A stretch of 64,000 nt of DNA. Origin: Tubiluchus corallicola (lineage: Eukaryota; Animalia; Priapulida). Every line of letters begins with the position of its first letter. The first letter of the stretch is position 1. Where the stretch lies: positions 1 through 64,000 of the forward strand of contig JAQGDQ010000395.1 in NCBI GenBank assembly GCA_030141605.1, read 5' to 3'. Positions 37,367-51,421 of this stretch are shown one piece after another. A program made the position numbers and the translations under genes. Under the pieces are notes generated by a model. The model worked only from the letters and a program-made list of their open reading frames with translations, did not search any database and had not been told where the DNA came from.

Positions 37367-37599
37367 TACGACCTGAAAATTTTGTGGAGATCCTAGAGGA
37401 ATACGCAACTTTGACATTTTTCATTGTAGGTGTAGAATTTACAGGCAGAAGGTGTGTAGGCATCGAATGAAATATGATGCACATATGTTCACGTAGTTTT
37501 GCGGCTTTTAATCCTACATAACAGAAACATGCGCACATCTTTATGAAGATTCTTTTGGATCTTGTCGTATTATTCAGTATTATTAATAGTGTGGTTCAT

Positions 37600-38000
37600 T
37601 TCCATTAAATTTGATTGTTTACCATAAATTTTGTATAGAGTTAACATTCACTCGCAGTTGTTTAACTAGTAACAAGTTTAATCTACGGCTAAAGAAATTT
37701 CTAAATTAAACCGCATTAAAAATCCATCAGCAGTATTCTGCTGTGCAAAGATAAAGAGTAGGACTACAATTTTAACAAAATTCTGATTTTGATACATTTT
37801 TGCCAAATAGATGGCGCTTTTTCTTGCCATTATAACGAAATTTGATTCTAAGTAGTAGTTTTTGTGCCATAAATAACGTCTCATGACAAGGTATGCAAAA
37901 GCGAGCCCCTTTGCAGAATTAAAGGCACTAACTGTCCAGGAAGCTATCAGGATTTGCACTTATGACGCCTCACTGTACAGAAATAAAAGCAGTTTCATTA
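37600..38000 (+). mobile_element. Highly degenerate CR1/L2-like ORF2 relic
   Basis: Weak peptides AKEISKLNRIK and ASPFAELKALTVQE resemble the post-RT region of such LINEs. Confidence 0.3.
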
Positions 38001-38934
38001 CTTCTTTAACACCTTTCATTTTTGCTGCAGACTACTAAATTGAGGTATCTTTGTATACATTTATGGCTTAACTTCCAGCTTACATGGGCGAAAAAGTAGG
38101 AAAAGCAGGCCTATTTGCCAAGCAGTAGGTTGGATTGTTTTAATTCTACTTACAAATGAACGACTTGACTTGTGTTTTGGTACAATAGCAGTCAACTATA
38201 CCCTTATGTCATGCTGAAAATTTCTTATTTATGAGTGGCATAATTATTTGGGGCATTGCAAGCTTTAATTGCATTTTTCTCAAAAGTAAGATATTGTAGT
38301 TATTGCCCTTTATTTTTACACGGCAGTATTACTCTGTCAAATGCAATAATGCTACTCGTATGCTTTTCTATAGGCTTCAGCTCATTACTGCCAAAATGTG
38401 CTGTGAGAGAAATACACCGTGTAAACAACAATGGTAAAAATATTGAAATCGCATAACACTTAAGCTGTAATTTTGAAACATTCGAAAGCACATAAACTTA
38501 TTTAATTATGCAAAGTGTACACGTGCGTGATATATGCGTGCGTACGTGCGTGCTTCTGTACTCGTATAGTGTGCTTGACAGGCATAGCGCCGACAAATTA
38601 TTTTAACGAAAACCGCAAACTGTTTCCAGTTTTGGAGGTGCCTTGTTCCTAGCTCAGGAGACCCTGTATGTAGGTACAGAACTGATCATAATTTCGAAGC
38701 ATAGAATATTGATTATAATCCAAACTACAACAACAGACTGTACCATAGTCAAAGACACCGTTAGCAGAGCCCCTATAGAAACCGAAAGTATTTTGGAATC
38801 ATCCATGTGAATGAAAAGTGGGTAGAAAATTCAGAGAGGCGATTATAGATACAAACAAGAGACCCTAAATGAGACTGCTCTGGTTTTTATATAAGTAGTG
38901 CGAAACCGTAAATAACTTTGCTAGTTTCGTTTTT

Positions 38935-39100
38935 TTACTTTATTATTATCCTCATTCACTACAATATAATGACATTAAGCACACAGTGACGTCAAAATTA
39001 CTACGTCATACTGTATTAAATTGTTATATTTCAAACATTATCGTTATCATAAAAGAATAATTGTACTGCAGTGGGGCAAGAAAAGCAAAGGCATAAGTTA
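38935..39100 (-). mobile_element. LINE 3' UTR fragment
   Basis: Reverse complement of ~49770-49925. Confidence 0.7.
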
Positions 39101-39869
39101 AACATGCTGGATTTTTGGATTCTGAATGGAGTTGGTGCTGCCACCTATGAACAATCGTTGTAAACGTGAATCAATTCAGAATCAACATCGCTGGTGCAGT
39201 TTAACACGCACAGTTTGCCAGGTAAGTTTATTAGAATCGAATTGGAAAGTTTTCGTTTGTATTAAAACTAAACGTGCCATTTCTTGTTAATTAACATTTC
39301 TACCGTTTTTTCTACCCCTTCATATCGTGTCATAAGCTGTTATTACTATCGTACAACGTACATGAATCGTGTAAATCTCATATTAACGAGAACTATTTTT
39401 TTGTTGTTGTCATTATTAATATTTTATTATTATCCTGTGTGTTAACTGACTGCAATGTGCCAATAAACAAATTCCATCTCTGGGATGTCGGTGTTTAAAC
39501 TTGTTAGATTTTTGGATTCTGTATGAGTTGGTGCTGCCACCTATAAACTATCGTTGTAAACGTGAATCAATTCAGAATCAACATCGTTGGTGCAGTTCAA
39601 CACGCACAATTTGCCAGGTGTTATCAAAGACACAATTCACACGGCATGCACACGCACAGCAGGAATTTTGAAAGTAATAAACGTGATAATGTACATAAAG
39701 CTTCATTGCGGGTTAACTAATTTATATTAAACGGGAGGAACAGATAATTATATGTCCCCGAAAAGCCTTGCATACACAGTTATAGTACTTAGCATTACGC
39801 TTGTCTGCTTAATCGAAGATTTTTATGACTGGATGAAATAATCTTTGTAACTTAATATGTTCACATGAA

Positions 39870-40745
39870 CTGCTAAAACGTCACTGGTTCACCATCCATG
39901 TGTGCGCCAAAAAGCGTCACTGTTTGACTATACATGTGTGAACTAGAAAGCATCACTGGGTCACCAGCTAAGTGTGCACGAAAAAACGTCACTGGTTCAC
40001 TATCCTAATATGCTTCAAAAAACGTCGCTGGTTCACTATTCTAATATGCTTCAAAAAACGTCACTGGTTCACTATCCTAATACGCTTCAAAAATGTCAGT
40101 GTTTCATTAGCCAAGTATTTACCAAAAAACGTTAGTGCTTGACTATCTAAGTGTGCACCAAAGAGCGTCACTGGTTGACTCTCCAAGCGTGCACTAAAAA
40201 GCGTCACTGGTTCCCCATCTAAGTGTGCACGAGAAAACGTCACTGGTTCACTATCCAAGTGTGCACGAGAAAACGTCATTGCTTCACTATCCAAGTGTGC
40301 ACAAGAAACGCCACTGGTTCACTATCCTAATATGCTTCAAAAAAACGTCACTGGTTCACTATCCAAGTGTGCACCAAAAACGTCACTGGTTCACTATCCA
40401 AGTGTGCACGAAAAACGTCACTGGTTCACTATCCAAGTGTGCACCAAAAACGTCACTGGTTCACTATCCAAGTGTGCACCAAAAACGTCACTGGTTCACT
40501 ATCCAAGTGTGCACCAAAAACGTCACTGGTTCACTATCCAAGTGTGCACCAAAAACATCACGGGTTCACTATCCAAGTGTGCACGAAAAACGTCACTGGT
40601 TCACTATCCAAGTGTGCACCAAAAACGTCACTGGTTCACTATCCAAGTGTGCACGAAAAACGTCACTGGTTCACTATCCAAGTGTGCACCAAAAACGTCA
40701 CTGGTTCACTATCCAAGTGTGCATCAAAAAACGTCACTGGTTCGC
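39870..40745. repeat. 35-bp minisatellite (aaaaacgtcactggttcactatccaagtgtgcacc)n, about 25 units
   Basis: Period 35; degenerate at left, homogeneous at right. Confidence 0.96.
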
Positions 40746-41509
40746 TAAAATAATATAATTTTTATTTTTACTCTTTTGCTTTGTTAGTAAAGTGTGCTCC
40801 TGGAATGTTTTAATTATCTTTTTCAAATTTTATGCAATGTTATTCGAACTTGCTTCAGTTTCTTACTCATCGATTGACTGTTAGAATATCGACGCCTAAC
40901 TGGGTCAGCACGAAGAGTTTAAATTTACAAATTTTATACAACGTTTCTGTCAGTAAAACTTCTGTATGCAGTGAGAAGGCATGTAGGTGTTGCAAAATTT
41001 CAAGACGATTTTTTAGCTTTGTGTTTGTTTGTCCTTTCACATGATTAAATTATGTAAATCAATTATAATTACAGAAGTCAATTAAAGTATTCTGATTTAA
41101 GATATTATTTTGTCCACTTTTTCCAGTCACCAAGTAGAAATTGTAGTCGATCTTCTATTTGACTTTTTCACTCAATTCGGGTTCTGAGATAATATTTTGG
41201 GGAAAATAAGGAAAAAGGTCAATCTTAATCAAGCGAATTCGGTCAGGCTGGTATGAGGCTGGTCAGTGATTGTTGTTATTAATTAAATAATTATTTGTTG
41301 TCATTTCTGAAAACAGTCACCCCGTTATTGGCTAGGGTTATCTTAGGCTGAGTAAACGAAAAACTAAAAAAACGCGCGCGTAAGTTTTAAAATAAGTTTA
41401 AATATTTAAAATTTAAATATGCCGTGAAAATATTTTAACTTAAGAATGCAAAACTGGTATTTAATTTCACTAAAACAATTTAAAGTTTACGTTTGTGCTG
41501 TTGAGATCA

Positions 41510-43240
41510 CTAAATACTGTTGTGTAGCGTGACATAACGTGACTTCGATACTAAATGCTGTTGTGTAACGTGACATAACGTGACTTCAATACTAAATGCT
41601 GTTGTGTAACGTGACAGAACGTGACTTCGATACTAAATGCTGTTGTGTAACGTGACAGAACGTGACTTCAATACTAAATGCTGTTGTGTAACGTGACAGA
41701 ACGTGACTTCAATACTAAATGCTGTTGTGTAACGTGACAGAACGTGACTTCAATACTAAATGCTGTTGTGTAACGTGACATAACGTGACTTCAATACTAA
41801 ATGCTGTTGTGTAACGTGACATAACGTGACTTCAATACTAAATGCTGTTGTGTAACGTGACAGAACGTGACTTCGATACTAAATGCTGTTGTGTAACGTG
41901 ACAGAACGTGACTTCAATACTAAATGCTGTTGTGTAACGTGACAGAACGTGACTTCAATACTAAATGCTGTTGTGTAACGTGACAGAACGTGACTTCAAT
42001 ACTAAATGCTGTTGTGTAACGTGACATAACGTGACTTCAATACTAAATGCTGCTGTGTAACGTGACAGAACGTGACTTCAATACTAAATGCTGTTGTGTA
42101 ACGTGACAGAACGTGACTTCAATACTAAATACTGTTGTGTAACGTGACATAACGTGACTTCAATACTAAATGCTGCTGTGTAACGTGACAGAACGTGACT
42201 TCAATACTAAATGCTGTTGTGTAACGTGACATAACGTGACTTCAATACTAAATGCTGCTGTGTAACGTGACAGAACGTGACTTCAATACTAAATACTGTT
42301 GTGTAACGTGACAGAACGTGACTTCAATACTAAATACTGTTGTGTAACGTGACAGAACGTCACTTCAATACTAAATGCTGTTGTGTAACGTGACAGAACG
42401 TGACTTCAATACTAAATGCTGCTGTGTAACGTGACAGAACGTGACTTCAATACTAAATGCTGTTGTGTAACGTGACAGAACGTGACTTCAATACTAAATG
42501 CTGCTGTGTAACGTGACAGAACGTGACTTCAATACTAAATGCTGTTGTTTAACGTGACAGAACGTGACTTCAATACTAAATACTGTTGTGTAACGTGACA
42601 GAACGTGACTTCAAAACTAAATGCTGTTGTGTAACGTGACAGAACGTCACTTCAATACTAAATGCTGTTGTGTAACGTGACAGAACGTGACTTCAATACT
42701 AAATACTGTTGTGTAACGTGACAGAACGTGACTTCAATACTAAATGCTGTTGTGTAACGTGACAGAACGTCACTTCAATACTAAATGCTGTTGTGTAACG
42801 TGACAGAACGTGACTTCAATACTAAATGCTGCTGTGTAACGTGACAGAACGTGACTTCAATACTAAATGCTGTTGTGTAACGTGACAGAACGTGACTTCA
42901 ATACTAAATGCTGCTGTGTAACGTGACAGAACGTGACTTCAATACTAAATGCTGTTGTGTAACGTGACAGAACGTGACTTCAATACTAAATACTGTTGTG
43001 TAACGTGACAGAACGTGACTTCAAAACTAAATGCTGTTGTGTAACGTGACAGAACGTGACTTCAATACTAAATGCTGCTGTGTAACGTGACAGAACGTGA
43101 CTTCAATACTAAATGCTGTTGTGTAACGTGACAGAACGTGACTTCAATACTAAATACTGTTGTGTAACGTGACAGAACGTGACTTCAATACTAAATGCTG
43201 TTGTGTAACGTGACAGAACGTGACTTCAAAACTAAATGCA
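41510..43240. repeat. 41-bp minisatellite (tactaaatgctgttgtgtaacgtgacagaacgtgacttcaa)n, about 42 units
   Basis: Period 41, highly homogeneous. Confidence 0.97.
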
Positions 43241-43254
43241 AATGAAAAGCGTAA

Positions 43255-43871
43255 AAGCAAAACCGGACATAATCTTAAACTGTCAGTCAAGACAATCTGC
43301 TCTTTAAAATATTGAAAGGAAACATGCTATTTTTCAAAAGATTACTTACGTGAAAGAATTATTAACACACAAACACAATTTCACGTTCACGCCACTAGTT
43401 CTTCGCTGTTACATGTATTTCGCCATTCGTTAGTTAGACGGGCACTAGCGCCTGCATTTCGGAAACATATTGCACAAAAAATAGGTGCTGTACCTCTCAG
43501 TTCAGATGTGTTCGTTTGTGACGAAATACACACGTTCGGTAGCTTATGTGTGAGCACAGCGGTAAATTTGAAATTTGTATTTTTATCTTAAAACTTGCCT
43601 AGTTTTAATGCAGCACTGAATCTCTTACAGCAGCACTGTACTTTAATTTTCGCTTTCACAAACACGTGAACACGCTCGTGGAATATTTTCGCTGTTGAAA
43701 ATTATGTTAGTTTGTGATGTCAGCAATAGTTGAGCTCGCCCGCCTTTAACTAAAATTTTAATCAATAATTTAACTATCATAAACGCTTTTCTAGCACTAT
43801 TGGTGTTGAAATGTATACTTTTTACCGTACTTGAAAATGGGATAGTATACGAAAAATCATCCTGTCTTCCT
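43255..43871 (+). mobile_element. Kolobok-like MITE, family A
   Basis: Homologous to 19333-19939; ends cctgtcttcct-TTAA. Confidence 0.82.
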
Positions 43872-44029
43872 TTAAGGAACTAGTTACTGTAATCAATACG
43901 CGATGTGCACATGATGGTTTATGCAAAACTTATATTACAGCGTACCTGTTGAAGATATGGTCAAATAGACTGAGGAATCGAGCGCAGAGTTACAAGGAGA
44001 AAGGCCAACTGCGATAAAAGCACAGATTA

Positions 44030-44620
44030 ATGAATATATACCAAGACTTTGTAGAACAAATATGGCGAAACATTTCATTAGCTATATGGGACCAGTCCTA
44101 TGGAATAGACTAAGCCGCAATTCAAAATGTAGCCACTCCCTTTCAACTTTTAGAAAAACCGTCGGAAAAGAAATATTTCAAACGTATTGAGAGTGACACA
44201 GTTTGATAATGGTAATCACCTGCATTCTTTTTCCACAGTAATCTTCATAAAATGTGACTATGCTCAACAGGTTACTGAACACTTTATAATCATTTTTTCT
44301 TAGTTTTCGCTCCATTTCATCTTTCATTCACTACTCCCCCCTCCACATTTATGTATATATTATCATTATTTCAATTATTAATCACTTCTTTAAGATTTCC
44401 AGGTACAGTTTGGCCTGTCAAGCTATGCTTTTAGGCTCAAACTGTATGCATCAAAATTACTCTTTAATGTAATTTGCACATGTATATGCTGCATAAGAAT
44501 CTCTTTTATAATTTCTGGATAATATTGCATTTATATTTATATTTACTTCAGTGGGAAATTATCTGTATTTTTATTATAACTGTTAGATGCAGAGTGGAAA
44601 TAGATAAACTTATAAACTTA
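44030..44620 (+). mobile_element. 3' end of a CR1/L2-type LINE
   Basis: YIPRLCRTNMAKHFISYMGPVLWNRLSRNSKCSHSLSTFRK followed by the shared 3' UTR. Confidence 0.82.
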
Positions 44621-45656
44621 CTGTTAACACATCAAAACACGAAAGTTCTTTGCATAAGGTATTTCTGCAGTCTTTATTTTCTAAAGGAGAAAAACAAAAG
44701 AATACATAAAATTTACAGTAATGTAATTTGAACAAAACTACAGAAATTTGAACGAAAAAAATTACACACAAAATTGCTACGTAATTAATAAACTTAGATT
44801 TACAAAAATCACCTACTTCATTCGGCTAGAGAGAGAGCACACTGTTTATGGTTTATGAAGCATGACATTAAATTTCTCATATAAAAAATTGCATTATCCA
44901 CCAATTACAAGTTAGTCTCTGCAATAACCAGTCAACTCTGCCAGCAATTGCCCATTTGTCCCCTTTAGTTGTTGGCTCCCTCATGCGGAAAAAATAAAAA
45001 AAAATTATATGGGTAATTGGGTAATTTGCCCATAACAGTTACAATGAGAAAGGCCAACTGCGATAAAAGCGCAGATTACACCTGATCTTGATCTTCCACT
45101 GAATAAAGGGGTAGGGCTCGTTGAGACGACAGCAAATAATTTACTTTTAAATAAATGAACTAGATTTTCTGATCATCAGAGGGAGGATCAAAGCTTATAT
45201 GGCAGATGTGACTGTGACCACACAGGACAACAAACTGCTGAACATTTTGCTGCAGACTGATAAAGGAAGATGACAGGGCGTCTCTACGTAACCGAATTTC
45301 ATCTATGAATTTGAAAGAGATATTAAGTGAAGGCAACATTCATGAATGGAAAATTTTCATAAACATTGTGAGGAAATAATCTTGAAAAACTATTACGATG
45401 CCGATAAATAATGTCGCAAATTTTAGTCTGTCTTGTCTTTTTTGGGTAAAACGTTATTGTAGAGTAAAATTTTAAATCTGTAAAATTAATGAAAATTGCT
45501 CAAATTTTTATACTCCGTTTTTCGTAACCTTGGGCCTTCATCCATTTAAATGTTTAACAAAATAAACAAAGTTATGCAGTTTTTTAGTTAAAATCCTCCT
45601 TACAAATAGGGATTGTAAATAACTTTTTCAAATAAAGATTTATTATCTATATCTAT

Positions 45657-46458
45657 TCTATTATATTAATATTCTTGGTATCTTAATATATATATATATA
45701 TAAGATTCGAGGCTACAGCCCGGACGACGGCACCATTTGCGGCGATCTATACATCAAACGAAAGGTCTCGATCTAGTGTCGTCTCATTGATGGTTTATTT
45801 TTCGAATCGGGCCCACCGGGAGGAACGGGCGGCGAAAAACCTCCAAAAATGGCCATTTTTCGGCCGTTTTTTGCAAAAGTTATACGGCTGAGATGTGGAG
45901 AACTGGAATGGGCCGAGGGTGGTGCTGGGTGTGGATAGACAGCCCGTTCAGCGTTGGGTGTCATAGGCCTATTTAGAATTCGCGAGAGGACCACGGCGCC
46001 CCGCAACGGGCGTTTTCCCGGACCCAACTCGCAATTTTTTCGAAATTCTGATCAAACAGCATGCGGAAAAAACGTTCTAGCGGCGCCTGGTGGGACTCTC
46101 GGAAGGAGATATACAGCTCTTTTGAAAGAGGAAGGACAGTGCTACACGATGATGTGGGTTATATGTTGGGACACGTCCACCGAGAGGAGTACTGGCGAGT
46201 TAATTACCAGTTCTATTTTCGGCAATTTTCGCTTAGAAAACTGCCGACGCAAAGGCATTGTTGTGACGTCATCCATTGTACTCTGTCTATAATCTTATAG
46301 CTTTAATTCAGTAAAAGCTACAGGCTTTGCGTTAGTTAAACAAACAGTAGGCATGATGTTACGGGCTTTGCGTTATACATGAGGACTAGGTAGGATATTT
46401 GCGTATTATTGATTACACGTGGTTTTTTACGCAAAATCTTTTGCGGGGCCTTTGCTAG
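45657..46458 (+). mobile_element. Non-autonomous Helitron, unit 1
   Basis: 5' TC followed by a TA-rich start; 3' hairpin cgcaaaatcttttgcg then CTAG; no TIR or TSD. Confidence 0.8.
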
Positions 46459-47260
46459 TCTCTTATATTAATATTCTTGGTATATATATATACATTTATA
46501 TATATATAAGATTCGAGGCTACAGCTTCGACGAGGGCACCATTTGCGGCGATCTATACATCAAACGAAAGGTCTCGATCTAGTGTCGTCTCATTGGGGGT
46601 TTATTTTTCGAATGGGGCCCACCGCGAGGAACGGGGGGCGAAAAACCTCCAAAAATGACCATTTTCGGCCGTTTTTTGCAAAAGTTATACGCCTGAGATG
46701 TAGAAAACGGGAATGGGCCGAGGGTGGTGCTGGGTGTGGATAGATAGCCCGTTCAGCGGTGGGTGTCATAGGCCTATTTAGAGTTCCCGAGAGGGCCACG
46801 GCGCCCCGCAACGGGCGTTTCCCGGACCCAACACGCGATTTTTTCGAAATTTTGATCAAACAGCATGCGGAAAAAACGTTCTAGCGGCGCCTGGTGGGAC
46901 TCTCGGAAGGAGATATACAGCTCTTTAGAAAGAGGAAGGACAGTGCTACACGATGATGTACGCTATATGTTAGGGCAGGTCCACCGAGAGAAGTACCGAC
47001 GAGTTAATTAGAGGTTCCATTTTCGGCAATTTTCGCTTAGAAAACCGCTGACGCAAAGCCATTGTTGTGACGTCATCCATTGTACTCTGCCTATAGCTTT
47101 AATTCAGCAAAAGCTGCCTGCTACGGGTTTGCGTTAGTTAAGCAAACAGTAGGCAGGATGTTACGGGCTTTGCGTTATAAATGAGGACTATGTAGGATGT
47201 TCGCGTATTATTGATTACACGTGGTTTTTTACGCAAAGTCTTTTGCGGGGCCTTTGCTAG
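46459..47260 (+). mobile_element. Non-autonomous Helitron, unit 2 (head-to-tail with unit 1)
   Basis: Junction CTAG|TC at 46458/46459; same internal sequence; ends in hairpin plus CTAG. Confidence 0.8.
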
Positions 47261-47261
47261 T

Positions 47262-47270
47262 TATTATTAA

Positions 47271-47324
<54 letters not shown>

Positions 47325-47335
47325 TATTATTGTTA

Positions 47336-47406
<71 letters not shown>

Positions 47407-47485
47407 GTTATTGTTATTATTATTATTATCATCGTTATCATTATCGTTATTGTTATCATTGTCATTTTCATTGTCATTGTCATTG

Positions 47486-47558
<73 letters not shown>

Positions 47559-47634
47559 CATCGTTATGGTTATCGTTGTCGTTGTCGCTATCGTTATCGT
47601 TATCGTTATCGTTATCGTTATCGTTATCATTATC

Positions 47635-47670
<36 letters not shown>
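47262..47670. repeat. (ATT)n compound microsatellite
   Basis: Visible directly. Confidence 0.97.
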
Positions 47671-47849
47671 GTTTTTGTGAGCATTATTTTTAGTCTGTCT
47701 TGTTTTTTTGGGTAAAACATTATTGTAGAGTAAAATTTTAAATCTGGTAAAATTAATGAAAATTGCTCAAATTTTTATACTCCGTTTTTTATAACCTCCA
47801 TTTTAATGTTAAGCTAAAGACAATTGTAGTCATGAAAATGCCTATATAT

Positions 47850-48300
47850 ATAATAATCTTTATTTGCCATTAAAACACATTGATAATCACTGATAAAAAC
47901 TTTACAGAGATGATCAATCAGTGTTAGTTAATAAAAACTTACACTGCTAAAGGCAAATGCGTCAGTGCAATCTAAACTACTGTGCAGTAATGGAAAGTAA
48001 CGACGAATAAAATCAAACATATTTACAACTATGCACAAAAAATGAAAAAAATTATGATTTAATTAATATGGCTGTGGATATATGAATTCTGAATTAGTGT
48101 GTATGTTGTCGTACTGGTGTGATGGTATTTCATATCTGGTTAATATTAGTGATTTTAATTTTATTTTAAATGCTGATAGGGACTTGATTAGTTTAACCTG
48201 TAATGGTAGAGAATTCCAAAGTAGAATTGCTTGCTTGATTACAGAGTTCGTCCCGTAGTGTGTATTTGTCCTAATTTGTTTTAGATTGCTTGTTCTGGAA
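47850..48300 (-). mobile_element. LINE 3' end (second family)
   Basis: Minus strand encodes TNTHYGTNSVIKQAILLWNSLPLQVK..SLSAFK; its UTR recurs on + at ~24270-24540 and ~3150-3270. Confidence 0.75.
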
Positions 48301-49399
48301 TGGTTCTAGTATTCCCTTATGAACGCTTTGTCTTGTAAATGTCGTTTAATCATGATCATTTGACATTATTTTACTGCTATTGTATAACGTATGTTGTTAT
48401 ATAATGTATATGCCAATAAATATTATGTTATAAAAGGCCTTCATCCATTTAAAAGTTTAACGACAAAAACAACGTTATGACGCGTTTTGTTGAAATCCTC
48501 CCTACAAATACAGGTATAGTATAGAATAATAATATTTTTATTACTTCCCACCCGTATATACATCTGCAATGCGCACCTCCATATAGTCTAAACAAGTGTT
48601 GCCTCCTCTACAAATGCTTAGCGAATGTGTTAAAGCATTTATCATTTCTCTGTACCGACCATCAGTTTACATCGTAATTATGAAAATTTAATACTACGAA
48701 CGCCCAGTGCAACTCACACTAACCATTAGCAATATATTGTAATTTTTCTCGTAACTAATTCTAGTGGCTTAGCATAAGCTAGCATCTTAGGTCTCTAGCG
48801 CAGAATTCATGAATTGTATCATAATTTTGTGTTAACAAAAACTGATTATCGATGCATATGTATATGTTTATTGCAAAATAAATCTATTGAATTGAATTGA
48901 ATACGGATTGTAAATAACTTTTTCAAATAAACATTTGTAATAGCATTATTATGTAACCATTTATTCCTAGTGGTTTTGACCACAATAACAATCATTAAAG
49001 TACAAACACCTGGTACAACACAAAGTTTTATCAACCTAAGAATATATAACACAATTATATGGCTATAAAGAATGTTGTAAATACGTATGTATTGTACGTG
49101 ATATTAATTTTTACAAGTTGGAAATTTATATAACAATACATGACCTCACACAGAACTGTGTCAATTTAACAGGCCACCACAAAATAATAAGAAACGGTGC
49201 TACTGTCACAGATATACGAAATAAAATTATAAAAAATATTTACATTGTGTATGTACAAACAGACAAAAACGTTACTCATTTAGGTAAATTCATTTAAAAT
49301 TTTCAACGTTTTAAATGACGTTTTCATCACGACAGTAAACTTTTATCGAATGTCGATAAATGTCGATAATGACGACGACGTTGATGATGACGATAGCAC

Positions 49400-49925
49400 G
49401 GCAATTCATTGCAAATGTTGGTCCAAGGCTTTGGAATGACATAAATGATGAATTAAAAACTGTTCAGCCAATTCAAAAATTTAAAAAGAAATACAGAGCA
49501 ATGATTCTCAACAAGTACAACACTTCCTAATTTCCCACACCTACTGCAGCAGTCATACCACAATCCTGGTACAGATTATGCAAAACAAGGCATCATTGAT
49601 AAACCTTTACAGCTGATGTCAACATAGCACAATCTATTATCTTTCTTCCTACCATTTCCATTAACACATCCTTCTACCCTTCCTGTGTGATCTAACCTTT
49701 CTCCCAGTTCTTTTTTTGTTCACTCATCCATTCTTTTTTTATCAGGTTCACATGACAGTGGGCTTATACAAGCCTTTGCTTCTCTAGCCGCACTGCAGTA
49801 CAATTATTCTTTTATGATAACGATAGTGTATGAAACATAACAATTTAATACAGCATGACGTAATAATTTCGATGTCACTGTGTGCTTAATGTCATCATAT
49901 TGTACTGAATGTGATAATAATAAAC
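49400..49925 (+). mobile_element. LINE 3' end (third family)
   Basis: FIANVGPRLWNDINDELKTVQPIQKFKKKY followed by a UTR ending aataataaac. Confidence 0.7.
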
Positions 49926-50894
49926 TAAAACGTTAACAACAAAATCTCCAGATATTTAGAAAGATTTCACAGAATAGACAAACTCCTTAAGTTTCATTCC
50001 AACTAAATATTTTAAACCTGCAATAGAAACTCGAGGCTATTAAAATTTTCACGAGTAGAACTTTACTGAACAACTTTAATATGGAAACGTCGGGGCGTGC
50101 TATATACTTGTTATACAATACACGAACATTCTTAACTTATAATCATATTTAAACGTATTACATAATCAATAATACAAATGACATCATAATTGATTCCAAA
50201 TTCTTCCTTCAGTTTATTATTCCCTAATTTTTTTCTAACTTAAATCAAATTTCACAAGCTTAACGTCAGCAGGAAAATGTGTATAGTTCTTCTAATAAAT
50301 TTACCACCATAATAAATTTATCCTGGTTTAATGAATTGCGCACTGCGTAGACTATATAAAGCATCTAAAAGATCTCATTAGTTTTGGCTCATCCTGTATA
50401 TTTGCTTCTCAAACTTCAAGTAAAGCAGAATGATACGCAGATTTTTTCATCAAACAGTTGTGAAAAGAAAACGCAAATCCAAATTAGCATCACAGATTTA
50501 TTTATTGTCTTTTGCAAAAACTAGTAAAATCGACAGATTTCCGAACCTTCCCAGATTGAAAGTTTGCTGTTCTCATTATTTACTTATCGATTTTTGTTTT
50601 TTAGGCATATCAATAATACCAAATTCACTATTTAGGGTAATTGACTTTTTTATAGTATTCTCTTGAACTTTTGAGTGGATATGAACGTTTCATTGAAATG
50701 GTGTTCCAGACATTTAGTGAAAGTTTCAGATGTCAATGTACAAATACAACTATGATACATTGATACTAGTTACCCTAAGTAGTATCCTAGTTACCCTAGT
50801 AGTAACTACTTACCCTAATTACTGAGTTTGATACTTTGACACTAGTTATTAAAATTGATACTTTGATATTAGTTATTAACTTTGATACTTTGAT

Positions 50895-51255
50895 AACAGT
50901 CATTGATTAAAACAATCTAGTTATTGATTAAAATATAGTCATTGATTAAAACAATCTAGTTATTGATTAAAGTATAGTTATTGATTAGAATGATCTAATT
51001 ATTGGTTAAAGTATAGTTATTGATTAGAATGATCTAATTATTGATTAAAGTATAGCTATTGATTAGAATGATCTAATTATTGATTAAAGTATAGCTATTG
51101 ATTAGAATAATCTAGTCATTGATTAGAATAATCTAGTTATTGATTAGAATAATCTAGTCATTGATTAAAACAATCTAGTTATTGATTACAATAATCTAGT
51201 CATTGATTAAAACAATCTAGTTATTGATTAGAATAATTTAGTTATTGATTAAAGT
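50895..51255. repeat. AT-rich ~20-bp minisatellite (tagttattgattagaataatc)n
   Basis: Visible directly; lies downstream of the pentraxin stop codon. Confidence 0.9.
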
Positions 51256-51421
51256 ATTCTAGAAAACAGTAATTTTGTCTGTAGATGCAAAAATATTATG
51301 GAAACGAAATTTAAATGAAAATTTAATCAGGTAAATCAGGCACTGATCAGTAATTAGTAAAGTCGAAAGTTCAACAAACACTTGAATCTATGCCAGTACA
51401 GAATTGCAATTATTCGTAAAT

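Noticed and set aside
40061-40758. Long ORFs with repeated Cys/His peptides
   Set aside because: Products of the 35-bp minisatellite cycling through all frames.
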